A stretch of 13,883 nucleotides of DNA from the UHGV virus genome UHGV-0131300. One strand, 5' to 3'. Under the pieces are notes generated by a model, which saw nothing but the letters and a program-made list of their open reading frames with translations, was not told the DNA's origin and ran no database searches. Shown piece by piece: positions 6,780 through 13,883 of the stretch (position 1 is its first letter; each line of letters starts with the position of its first letter). The position numbers and the translations under genes were made by a program. The stretch is from a virus.

Positions 6780-9213
6780 TATCGACCTTATCCGCGAAGT
6801 GACCAGCGCCGCAGCAGGGCGCTGGCCTTATGTGCTGGCTGGCCTGTCTATCGACGTGCCTGATTCATCACGCCGTCATGCCCCCTGCCCTGCATGTGGC
6901 GGTACGGATCGCTTCCGGTTCGACGACAACGGTCGCGGTAGCTTTATCTGTAACCAATGCGGCGCGGGCGACGGCTTAGACCTGATTAAGAAGGTGAACA
7001 ACTGCGACACCACAGAGGCGGCACAGCTTGCCGCTGATGTGCTGGGTATTGATTACCGGGCAGCGCAAACCGACCCGGCGGCAGCGAGCCAGAGAAGGGA
7101 GCAACTGGAAGCTGACCGCCAGCAGCGTGAGCAGGAGCGCCAGCAACAGGCAGCAGATGACGCAGAGCAGCGAAGGGCTACGTTTGCCCATCTGTATGCC
7201 GGAATGCGCCAGAGTGCCACACAGGGCGAATCTGATTACCTGCAATCAAAAGGGCTGACCGGGTTTAACTATCCGGTTATGCCGGATGGTTCGTTATTGC
7301 TGGAGCTGGTGGACGAATCCGGCGCAGTGGCAGCAGCGCAAACCATTACACCGCAGGGAGAGAAGCGACTCCTGACAGGTTCAGCAAAGCGCGGGGCATA
7401 TCACGCCGTAAACGCGCCAGAATCGCCGCAGAGCGTTTTAATTGCCGAGGGGCTGGCGACGGCCCTTTCAGTTCACCTGATGCGCCCGGACGCGCTGGCA
7501 GTGGCAGCAATTGACGCGGGCAACCTGCTACCCGTTGCCGAAGTGATGCGCCGGATATATCCAGCCACGCAGATTATCATTGCCGCAGATAACGACCACC
7601 AGCAGGACGAACAGGCGAACACGGGCAAAGATGCCGCAGAGAAAGCCGCCTTATCCGTGGCTGGCTGGGTGGCACTGCCGCCGACAGACTACAAAGCCGA
7701 CTGGGACGACTACCGCCAGCAAAACGGGCTGGAAGTCGCTACGGCTGCGTTTAACGATTCGATGTACCAGATTCAAGGGGAAGCCGTGAAACCGCGATTG
7801 CAAGCCATTGAGGGCGGTAAATCCCGCCGTAAAGCCGATGTCGGAGATATTGCACAAATGGCAGCCAGCCAGAAAGCGCGGTTGCTTTCATCTCGATGGG
7901 ATATGTTGGCGGTTAACCCTGATAGTGGCACTGTTTACTGCTACGAATCTGGCGTATGGGTGAAGCTACCAGACAGCGAATTAGAAAGGGTTATGGTGGC
8001 AATTTTCGACGAGCACGAAGCCCACTACACCGAAAAGGGGATTAAATCGGTTGTCGCAACCATGAAGCTGCAAATACCGGTAATTGGTGAGCGGAGCGGG
8101 GATCTGATTGGTTTTGATAACGGCGTTTATGACCTCGCTACGCAGACGTTTTCCGCCCATTCGCCGGGTAACTGGCTGATGAACCACAATGGGATCACCT
8201 ACACCCCGCCAGCGCCGGGGGAAAATATTACCACCAGCGCCCCCAATTTTACCCGTTGGCTGAATCATGCAACGGCTGGCGACCATCATAAGGCCGAGCG
8301 TATCAAAGCAGCCTTGTTTATGGTGCTGGCGAAGCGTCACGACTGGCAGCTATTCATTGAGATAACTGGCGAGGGCGGTAGTGGGAAATCCGTATTCAGC
8401 AGCATAGCAACCACGCTGGCAGGTGAACACAACACCGCCAGCGGTAGCATGATGACGCTGGACACCGCACGGGGACGGGCGCAGTTCGTAGGAAAAAGCC
8501 TGATTATTATGCCTGACCAGACCCGCTATGTTGGAGAGGGTGCGGGGATTAAAGCCATTACGGGCGGCGATCCGGTAGAGATTGATGGGAAATATGAAAA
8601 GCAGTTCACAACCGTGATAAATGCCGTTGTTATGGCAACCAATAACGAGCCGATGACATTCACGGAGCGAAACGGGGGCATTGCCCGCCGCCGCGTGATA
8701 TTCCCGTTTAATAACCCGGTATCAGACGCAGACAAAGACCCGGATTTAACCGCAAAAATCAGGCGAGAAATCCCGGTGATTATCCGCCACCTGCTAACCA
8801 CCTTTGCCGACCAGAACAAAGCAAAGTCACTATTACTTGAGCAGCGCGATTCTCAGGAGGCGCTAGACGTTAAACGCGGCACAGATCCGGTTATCGATAT
8901 GTGTGCGGCACTTTTTTTCATGAACGAACCCAAAGGCATGATGATGGGCGGAGGTACATGGGCAGGCCAGCCAGAGCCTAGGACGTATCTTTATCATCTT
9001 TATCTGGCGTTTATGGAGTATCACGGTTTGGGTAAACCGCTTTCCGTCAATAAGTTTTCACGCGCCATAAAATCAGCAGCAAAAGAGTACCGAGCCAGCT
9101 ACCTGACGAGAAGCATTAACGGCAGAGCGCAAACCAACGTTGGCTATAACGAGAAGGCTGAGGAGTTCATGCCACGCGCTTACGGTGTGGAGAGCGGGCA
9201 GAGTGATGATTGA
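6772..9213 (+). CDS. DNA primase-helicase, P4 alpha-like (zinc finger, TOPRIM-like region, D5-type NTPase)
   Basis: Zinc finger CPACGG...CNQCG near the N-terminus; acidic IIIAADNDHQQDE segment; Walker A ITGEGGSGKSVF; Walker B-like SLIIMPDQ. AGGAGG SD at 6761..6766 favours ATG 6772 over the track start at 6739. Confidence 0.9.
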   Translation: MRNIDLIREVTSAAAGRWPYVLAGLSIDVPDSSRRHAPCPACGGTDRFRFDDNGRGSFICNQCGAGDGLDLIKKVNNCDTTEAAQLAADVLGIDYRAAQTDPAAASQRREQLEADRQQREQERQQQAADDAEQRRATFAHLYAGMRQSATQGESDYLQSKGLTGFNYPVMPDGSLLLELVDESGAVAAAQTITPQGEKRLLTGSAKRGAYHAVNAPESPQSVLIAEGLATALSVHLMRPDALAVAAIDAGNLLPVAEVMRRIYPATQIIIAADNDHQQDEQANTGKDAAEKAALSVAGWVALPPTDYKADWDDYRQQNGLEVATAAFNDSMYQIQGEAVKPRLQAIEGGKSRRKADVGDIAQMAASQKARLLSSRWDMLAVNPDSGTVYCYESGVWVKLPDSELERVMVAIFDEHEAHYTEKGIKSVVATMKLQIPVIGERSGDLIGFDNGVYDLATQTFSAHSPGNWLMNHNGITYTPPAPGENITTSAPNFTRWLNHATAGDHHKAERIKAALFMVLAKRHDWQLFIEITGEGGSGKSVFSSIATTLAGEHNTASGSMMTLDTARGRAQFVGKSLIIMPDQTRYVGEGAGIKAITGGDPVEIDGKYEKQFTTVINAVVMATNNEPMTFTERNGGIARRRVIFPFNNPVSDADKDPDLTAKIRREIPVIIRHLLTTFADQNKAKSLLLEQRDSQEALDVKRGTDPVIDMCAALFFMNEPKGMMMGGGTWAGQPEPRTYLYHLYLAFMEYHGLGKPLSVNKFSRAIKSAAKEYRASYLTRSINGRAQTNVGYNEKAEEFMPRAYGVESGQSDD

Positions 9214-9232
9214 AACTTTTACGGCGGCACTT

Positions 9233-9478
9233 ATCCCTACTGCCCTACTAAAAACGAGACGAGGCCAGACGTAGCAAGGCTTTAAACTAGGTAGGGATAT
9301 ATATTTTTATCCCTACTTATCCCTACATATCCCTACCAAATAAAACAGGCAGTAAAATGCCGTTGAAGTGATTTAGTAGGGATAAGTAGGGTTATGTAGG
9401 GCAACAAAATTGAATGCCTACCAGTCTGAAAGCCTTGCCATTCGTGGCCTGAGCCAGTTAGTAGGGATTGGTAGGGAT
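9233..9478. repeat. Iteron array (putative replication origin): about 10 copies of GTAGGGAT / ATCCCTAC at 10-bp phasing around an AT-rich spacer
   Basis: atccctac at 9233..9240, 9309..9316, 9319..9326, 9329..9336. gtagggat-type copies at 9291..9298, 9376..9383, 9386..9393, 9396..9403, 9461..9468, 9471..9478. Lies immediately downstream of the primase gene. Confidence 0.75.
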
Positions 9479-9530
9479 ATTACACCCCCAAAAAGATTCT
9501 ATGGGGGGTAGCTTAAAACGAAGGTGGGCA

Positions 9531-9833
9531 ATGAATACAGAAACCAGCCAGAAAATGACCTATCAGGAGCGTGAAGCATTGAAGGGGTTTACTGACAAAC
9601 GCGCATTACAGGGCGACACCCAAAGCCTGCAAATGACCTTGAGGATGATCGCCCACTGGATGAGGCAGCCAGCAGAAATTGGATTTACAGAATATGCAAC
9701 ACACTGGACGGCGGCACAGGCCGGACGTGATGACGGGAATCACTCGACCGCAGCAATGGCGGAGCAGTGGCCTTTAAGGGAAGAAATGAAAATTAGCCCC
9801 GGAGGTAGTGACTACATGAGGAAATATCTATGA
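9531..9833 (+). CDS. Hypothetical protein (100 aa)
   Basis: Start chosen at ATG 9531 (aagg SD) rather than the track start at 9468, which lies in the iteron/hairpin region. Stop overlaps the next start. Confidence 0.5.
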   Translation: MNTETSQKMTYQEREALKGFTDKRALQGDTQSLQMTLRMIAHWMRQPAEIGFTEYATHWTAAQAGRDDGNHSTAAMAEQWPLREEMKISPGGSDYMRKYL

Positions 9834-10264
9834 CAGCACAAATTTCAGCATACGGGCGGCTGGTGGCAGATCCCCAGACCCGCACCACAACGAACGGTAA
9901 CAACATGGCTATGGCGCGGCTGGCGGTGTCTCTCCCCTGTAATGCGGCAGAGGCGGGAGAGTCAACCTTCTGGCTGGGCGTTATTGCTTTTGGGAAGCAG
10001 GCCGATGCGCTGGCGAAGCACCAGAAAGGCGACCTTGTGAGCGTGGCAGGCAATATGCAACTCAACCAGTGGACAGGGCAGGACGGCGGTACACAGCAGG
10101 GGTATCAGGTAGTAGCCGACAGTGTGATCAGCGCCAGAACGGTACGCCCCGGCGGGAAGGCAGGACAGCGGGGACAGGCAACGGACGCGCTGAGACGTGC
10201 GCAGCAGCCATCCCGTGATGAATACGACCAACGCCCACCATTCGACGATGAAACGCCATTCTGA
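9830..10264 (+). CDS. Single-stranded DNA-binding protein-like (OB fold with SSB-type acidic C-terminal tip)
   Basis: N-terminal region is alignable with bacterial SSB (GRLVADPQTRTTTNGNNMAMARLAV...FWLGVIAFGKQADALAKHQKGDLVSVAGNMQLNQWTGQDG). A Gly/Gln-rich linker ends in PPFDDETPF, compared with DFDDDIPF in E. coli SSB. Confidence 0.8.
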   Translation: MTAQISAYGRLVADPQTRTTTNGNNMAMARLAVSLPCNAAEAGESTFWLGVIAFGKQADALAKHQKGDLVSVAGNMQLNQWTGQDGGTQQGYQVVADSVISARTVRPGGKAGQRGQATDALRRAQQPSRDEYDQRPPFDDETPF

Positions 10265-10274
10265 GAGGGAAGAT

Positions 10275-10916
10275 ATGAGTACGCAACCCATCATTATTGA
10301 GTTCGGCAGCTATCGCTGGCCCAGACATCTTGCAATACATGAAGCAGGTCATGCGATAGCCGCATGGTTTTTCGGCATACAGGAGGTAGAAATTGCGTTA
10401 TCGGGTAATAACCGAGTGGCAAAAACCTACCTTAGCGGCGATGTTGATGAATGTGGAGCTGTCGCGGTATGGCACGCCAACTATCCACGGAATGTGGCTG
10501 AGGTTAAGTCTTACACCCTCTCGAATGATGACACCAGGTTACGTCTGATAGACCAGGTATGCCGGGCTATGGTTATCTCTCTGGCTGGTATCGTCGCGCA
10601 ATCACGCTATACGGAGGATGATATTGACGCACTGATGGAAACGTCCGGGAAAGCAGATATGAAAAATGTTCGTGATTTATCCGAGGTATACCGGGTAGCT
10701 GGTGGGGAGGACGCCGATATACAGCGAATATCCCTTTCCCGCGCTCAGGCGCTGATTACCCTGAAATGGTGGGATGTTATCGCGCTGGCGAAAATACTGG
10801 AGAACCGTAACCATATGCCCGCCAGAAACTTCCAGCGCATTATGGGCGATATCGACAAGCCTGTACCAAAGCCTCTGACGCTGGCTGAACTGGATGAATT
10901 GGTGGGTGAAGAATGA
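10275..10916 (+). CDS. HExxH zinc metallopeptidase-like protein (FtsH/M41-like HEAGHA motif), no AAA+ domain
   Basis: Motif HLAIHEAGHAIAAW near the N-terminus matches the FtsH protease-domain signature HEAGHA. gaggg SD before ATG 10275 (track start 10197 rejected). The protein is only 213 aa. Confidence 0.65.
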   Translation: MSTQPIIIEFGSYRWPRHLAIHEAGHAIAAWFFGIQEVEIALSGNNRVAKTYLSGDVDECGAVAVWHANYPRNVAEVKSYTLSNDDTRLRLIDQVCRAMVISLAGIVAQSRYTEDDIDALMETSGKADMKNVRDLSEVYRVAGGEDADIQRISLSRAQALITLKWWDVIALAKILENRNHMPARNFQRIMGDIDKPVPKPLTLAELDELVGEE

Positions 10917-11263
10917 AGCAATACATTCTGGCAGCCTGCCTGATCTCCTCTGCACCGGCACTATCTGCTATCCATTGTGGGGGCTTTACAATACAGCCAG
11001 ATCGTTATCGGACAACGATTAACGGCGATGTGGTTCATATTATTGATGCGCAATTTTACGGCGCGCCGCGAGACTTTAGCCAGGCCGCCATAAAGTTATT
11101 GCCTGATGCCATCACCACTACCGACAGGCAATACCGCCTGGAGACGCAGGGAGGCAATGCTTCGCTGGAGTTGATGACCAGAGAGCAACCGCCACGCGTG
11201 CTTAATCGTGAGCGCTGCGATTCCGGGCTAACAGGCTTTTACTGGTACTCGTCTGTGCCGTGA
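10913..11263 (+). CDS. Small secreted protein (Sec signal peptide)
   Basis: N-terminus MKQYILAACLISSAPALSA has the positive, hydrophobic and AxA pattern of a signal peptide. ATGA overlap with the peptidase gene. Confidence 0.6.
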   Translation: MKQYILAACLISSAPALSAIHCGGFTIQPDRYRTTINGDVVHIIDAQFYGAPRDFSQAAIKLLPDAITTTDRQYRLETQGGNASLELMTREQPPRVLNRERCDSGLTGFYWYSSVP

Positions 11264-11389
11264 GGTTCGCACCGAACGCAGGCTAAAATACTAGACTGTT
11301 CTTGACAGATTTTAAACCCTCGTAGCGCTAAACCCGCGCCAGCAGAGGGCTGGAAGCCAGAGCGTGATTTAGGCCGTCCAGAATATTCA

Positions 11390-11505
11390 GGTTCGCGCCA
11401 CTGGTTCGCAGTGCGCAAAATAGTGCGCAATTTACAGTAAAATACGCATATTATTTCGTATTCAATTTGCGCACCGTTCGCAGTTAATGCGCAGTAATTC
11501 GCAGG
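11390..11505. promoter_or_regulatory. Operator-like region: multiple TGCGCA palindromes and TTCGCAG repeats around an AT-rich inverted repeat
   Basis: TGCGCA at 11411..11416, 11424..11429, 11468..11473, 11488..11493. TTCGCAG at 11405..11411, 11477..11483, 11498..11504. Inverted repeat aatacg (11441..11446) / cgtatt (11456..11461) flanks catattattt. A TTGACA sits at 11302..11307. Confidence 0.5.
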
Positions 11506-11515
11506 AGGCCAGCCA

Positions 11516-11992
11516 GTGAGAGACAGAACGCGCAGCTATACCACCGACCTGCCCCGCATAGGGTTGCCATTCCTTTCGCACATGCGTAGCAGGCTGGCGG
11601 ATGCTGAACCGGGTACGCAGCTTTATACCCAGACCGAAAGCGGAACGTTGTATACCTTCCGGCAAGCCGACAGCTACGCCATGACAATCAACGGCGTGAC
11701 GCGGGCGATTCGCACCACAACCACACAGGCCGGGTATGGCGTGCGGGAATGGTACGTTTGTCCCCACTGTATGAAACGGGTGGCGAAGCTGTATATTGGC
11801 AAAAAAGATCATCCGTATGACTTCCCGAAGCCAAAGGGGATGCGCTGGGCTACGTTTGACAGGAAGCGGGCAGAATTATCAGTTATGGAGATGGCTTACT
11901 GGCAGGCATTCAGCCCGGTAGTGGGCAGAATCACGGGCGTTATTGAGCGTAAAGCAGGAAAAGCAGCCAGAGGCATTGGCCTGACTCTATAA
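11516..11992 (+). CDS. Hypothetical protein (158 aa) with one CPHC motif
   Basis: GTG start with AGGAGG SD at 11503..11508. Contains REWYVCPHCMKRVAKLY. No family assigned. Confidence 0.6.
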   Translation: MRDRTRSYTTDLPRIGLPFLSHMRSRLADAEPGTQLYTQTESGTLYTFRQADSYAMTINGVTRAIRTTTTQAGYGVREWYVCPHCMKRVAKLYIGKKDHPYDFPKPKGMRWATFDRKRAELSVMEMAYWQAFSPVVGRITGVIERKAGKAARGIGLTL

Positions 11993-11999
11993 AAGCAAA

Positions 12000-12016
12000 A
12001 CGCCCGCACGGGGCGT
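12000..12016. terminator. GC hairpin; T-rich tail is on the minus strand (possible bidirectional or minus-strand terminator)
   Basis: acgccc (12000..12005) / gggcgt (12011..12016). The plus strand has an A-tract upstream and no T-tract downstream; the minus strand has tttgctttta after the stem. Confidence 0.4.
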
Positions 12017-12223
12017 CAGAGAACGGGATAGACTTCTGCGACAATTTGCATTCGCCGCCAATATAGCAAGTCGTCCACATCAAGCAATAAACTATCACCG
12101 GGAGGGGGAGGCCAAATCTCTGCAATCCTGAGCCTTAAGGACTGCCCGCCCCATCGTTTTTTTATACCCGCGAAAAATGAAATTTAATCCGGGCGTGTTT
12201 CATCCTTCCAGAGGGTATGACGT

Positions 12224-12409
12224 ATGACACCACGCGAAATAGCCTTATTGACCATCGCCAAACTTGAGCACGGAGGCCACCAGCTTACACAGGCAGATCA
12301 ACGGGAGATAGAACGCTCAGTTAATGCCGATATAGCCCGGCGCGACAGGTTCCGCGAAATGATGCGAGCACCTGCCTACCAGTGGAAGAAGCCAGCGCCG
12401 CGCAGGTAG
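12224..12409 (+). CDS. Small hypothetical protein (61 aa), charged and helical-looking
   Basis: gaggg SD 8 nt before ATG 12224. Confidence 0.5.
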   Translation: MTPREIALLTIAKLEHGGHQLTQADQREIERSVNADIARRDRFREMMRAPAYQWKKPAPRR

Positions 12410-12529
12410 ATACGGGATTATTCCGCATGTAACTTATGCGTATTAAGCAAATTTCCTTTATTCACCTTTACAGAATTGTGAGTGCGTCAGTATCGTTATC
12501 CTTCCGATTCGCATTTATTCAGGATTTGC

Positions 12530-13072
12530 ATGTACCAGCTAAAGATAACCATCCGAGACAGCAAACCACCTATATGGCGGCGTGTGCTGGTTCCAGAGCA
12601 AATCCCCTTTAGTAAACTTCATGCCGTGATCCAGTTGGCTTTTGGCTGGAATGACGAACACCTGTATATGTTCGAGAAAGGGCGTAAAGGTGATCCCGGT
12701 AGCGAGTATCGCGTATGGGGTGAGGATGAAAGCATGGGTAATGCGGCAATCACACCACTATGGGCAGCGCTCCAGAATGATGGTGACAAGCTGGTTTACA
12801 CGTATGACTTTGGCGACTGGTGGGATTGCGTCATTGTGCTGGAGAAGCAAACACACGATACGAGCAATCAGCCCATTAGCTGCCTGCGTGGGAAAGGCAC
12901 CACCCCGGTGGAAAACTCAGGCGGCTTGCATGGTTACAATGAATTGCTATTACAGGCCAGAGAGTCTGATAATCCTGAGCAGGCCGAGATCCACAATTTC
13001 CTGATGCTGGATATTGAGCGCCGGGTTTACGACCTGAGCAGCATCAACGACAGATTGCAGGCTCTTAACTGA
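12530..13072 (+). CDS. pRiA4b ORF-3-like domain protein (180 aa)
   Basis: N-terminus MYQLKITIRDSKPPIWRRVLVPEQIPFSKLHAVIQLAFGWNDEHLYMF matches the characteristic start of the plasmid pRiA4b ORF-3-like family. Start moved from track GTG 12482 to ATG 12530, which has an agga SD. Confidence 0.65.
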   Translation: MYQLKITIRDSKPPIWRRVLVPEQIPFSKLHAVIQLAFGWNDEHLYMFEKGRKGDPGSEYRVWGEDESMGNAAITPLWAALQNDGDKLVYTYDFGDWWDCVIVLEKQTHDTSNQPISCLRGKGTTPVENSGGLHGYNELLLQARESDNPEQAEIHNFLMLDIERRVYDLSSINDRLQALN

Positions 13073-13424
13073 CCCGCATATATTCGCCTGATATTGCGTT
13101 ATCAGCGCCGCCAGTATCGCGCATAACAGCGCACTGACCGGGCAAACCGTAGCGCACGACCGTTGCGTTAGTCTCACCGCCGCGCCGTATCTGGCGCGAT
13201 TCATACACTGTCACCCGCTCAAGCAGTCCACCAGCAACCATGCTTTCCAGTGTGCGCCGGGTTGATTCGATCTGGTGGCGCTTATCGAACGACACCATGC
13301 CATGAAGCAGGTAGGCCACACCCGACACATCGAACGGCGGCGCACCAATCTCACCAGTCACCCATTCGAGGTTATCCGGTTCAAAGTAGCTAAGTATCTC
13401 TTTTTTGCGGCTGGTCATTCTCAT
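13065..13424 (-). CDS. Hypothetical protein (119 aa), convergent with and overlapping the 3' end of the preceding gene
   Basis: Minus-strand ORF MRMTSRKKEILSYFEPDNLEW...; its 3' end overlaps 12530..13072 by 8 bp. Last gene inside the element before the right-end repeats. Confidence 0.55.
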   Translation of the reverse strand: MRMTSRKKEILSYFEPDNLEWVTGEIGAPPFDVSGVAYLLHGMVSFDKRHQIESTRRTLESMVAGGLLERVTVYESRQIRRGGETNATVVRYGLPGQCAVMRDTGGADNAISGEYMRVS

Positions 13425-13544
13425 GGCTGGCAGGTTCCTTATTGTGGGATAGCGGTATCATACAATAAGGCGCAAAAGATAAGAGGCCAGAACAGCAAGC
13501 ATGAGAGCATAAAATGAGCAGCCAAAGACAGCACCTCAAAATAC

Positions 13545-13564
13545 CGTGTACACAAGGGTGTACC
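13545..13564. promoter_or_regulatory. Right-end copy of the TGTACA arm-type repeat pair
   Basis: cgtgtacacaagggtgtac (13545..13563) matches cgtgtacatagaggtgtac (229..247) at 16 of 19 positions, in the same orientation. Confidence 0.5.
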
Positions 13565-13673
13565 TACTGAGAAAACGCATTACAAGAAATACAGCAACCA
13601 CGGGAGTTTAAAGCCACTACTCAATAAACAGATTCAACTCGTAACGCCAATTCTTACTTTTCAGCCTTCACAA

Positions 13674-13705
13674 ATGCCGCCCACTCAAACAGAGCGGCAT
13701 TTTTC
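13674..13705 (+). terminator. Rho-independent terminator-like hairpin between the element's right end and the SOS-regulated gene
   Basis: atgccgc (13674..13680) / gcggcat (13694..13700) with a 13-nt loop, then ttttt (13701..13705). Confidence 0.5.
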
Positions 13706-13794
13706 TTCCCCGCAACTTCAATTCTGTTTTGCGTGCCTGCTCCAGATTTTGCGATGTTTTTTTGCCCAGCACACTGAGAACGTGAGATACTCAC

Positions 13795-13814
13795 AACTGT
13801 ATATAAATACAGTT
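13795..13814. promoter_or_regulatory. LexA (SOS) box aaCTGTatataaatACAGtt
   Basis: Perfect CTGT-N8-ACAG palindrome with a TA-rich centre at 13797..13812, about 45 bp upstream of an ORF start. Confidence 0.75.
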
Positions 13815-13857
13815 ACAGATTTACTTTCTTTGCAATCGATATCACATGGAGTGGGCA

Positions 13858-13883
13858 ATGAACGAACATCATCAACCTTTTGA
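13858..13883 (+). CDS. dinD: 5' end of an SOS-regulated gene (MNEHHQPF...), likely dinD; truncated by the window edge
   Basis: ggag SD at 13848..13851 and ATG 13858 downstream of the LexA box. The box and N-terminal peptide match my recollection of E. coli dinD; this is not verifiable here. An in-frame ATG at 13846 is an alternative start. Confidence 0.45.

Larger units (their letters stand above)
186..13566. mobile_element. Integrative element of P4-satellite / CP4-57 type (int, alpA, primase-helicase, iteron origin, accessory genes); boundaries approximate
   Basis: Integrase at the left end, Xis-like AlpA, P4 alpha-like primase and iterons. Related imperfect direct repeats sit at both ends: catgagctatcataa (190..204) vs catgagagcataaaa (13500..13514), and cgtgtacatagaggtgtac (229..247) vs cgtgtacacaagggtgtac (13545..13563). 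Gene content is bracketed by a chromosomal gene end on the left and a LexA-box gene start on the right. Confidence 0.6.

Noticed and set aside
6363-8819. Minus-strand and alternate-frame ORFs inside the primase region (6363..6773, 6463..6702, 6976..7245, 7028..7258, 7580..7789, 7651..7857, 7981..8340, 8526..8819)
   Set aside because: All overlap the primase-helicase or the 6438..6779 gene, whose frames carry clear motifs; these are typical of high-GC shadow ORFs.
9233-9478. Possible CRISPR array
   Set aside because: Repeat units are only 8 bp at 10-bp spacing, occur in both orientations and have no unique spacers; this is iteron-like, not CRISPR.
9793-10961. Minus-strand ORFs 9793..10065, 9962..10294, 10128..10352, 10677..10961
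   Set aside because: Antisense to the SSB-like and peptidase genes, which have recognisable motifs.
11462-11812. Minus-strand ORFs 11462..11812 and 11484..11687
   Set aside because: Antisense to the SD-preceded plus-strand gene 11516..11992 and running into the operator repeats.
11940-12125. Minus-strand 61-aa ORF
   Set aside because: Spans the terminator hairpin and has no SD; a non-coding antisense transcript is more plausible.
12177-12227. 16-codon upstream ORF (MKFNPGVFHPSRGYDV) overlapping the start of 12224..12409
   Set aside because: No SD and very short; noted only as a possible leader peptide.
12642-13004. Alternate-frame ORF 12642..13004 inside the pRiA4b ORF-3-like gene
   Set aside because: Same strand but a different frame from a gene with a recognisable family signature.
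13275-13517. Plus-strand ORF 13275..13517
   Set aside because: Overlaps the 5' part of the minus-strand gene and its promoter region; no SD.
13674-13883. 69-aa ORF at the right edge
   Set aside because: It spans the terminator hairpin and the LexA box, has no SD, and is in a different frame from the SD-preceded ATG at 13858.

Overview
The window appears to be a ~13.4 kb integrative mobile element of the P4-satellite / CP4-57 type, inserted between the 3' end of a chromosomal gene (2..121) and an SOS-regulated gene start (LexA box 13797..13812, ORF start 13858). All gene calls rest on motifs read from the translations; no database search was run. The element carries a tyrosine integrase (310..1569) flanked by TGTACA arm-type repeats, an AlpA-type excision regulator, an antirepressor-like gene, a long operon of translationally coupled small ORFs ending in a primase-helicase (6772..9213), and an iteron array that looks like an origin (9233..9478). 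Downstream is an operon with an SSB-like protein, a stand-alone FtsH/M41-like HEAGH metallopeptidase and a secreted protein. No tRNA, rRNA or CRISPR array was seen. The best candidates for an undescribed accessory or anti-phage system are: (1) an AT-rich orphan gene (1665..2630) in the cargo slot between int and alpA; (2) the right-end module 11390..13424, behind a dense operator-like repeat region; (3) the SSB-like/metallopeptidase/secreted-protein operon. A ~630 bp non-coding region (4401..5028) with hairpins, direct repeats and an intrinsic terminator may encode a regulatory RNA.
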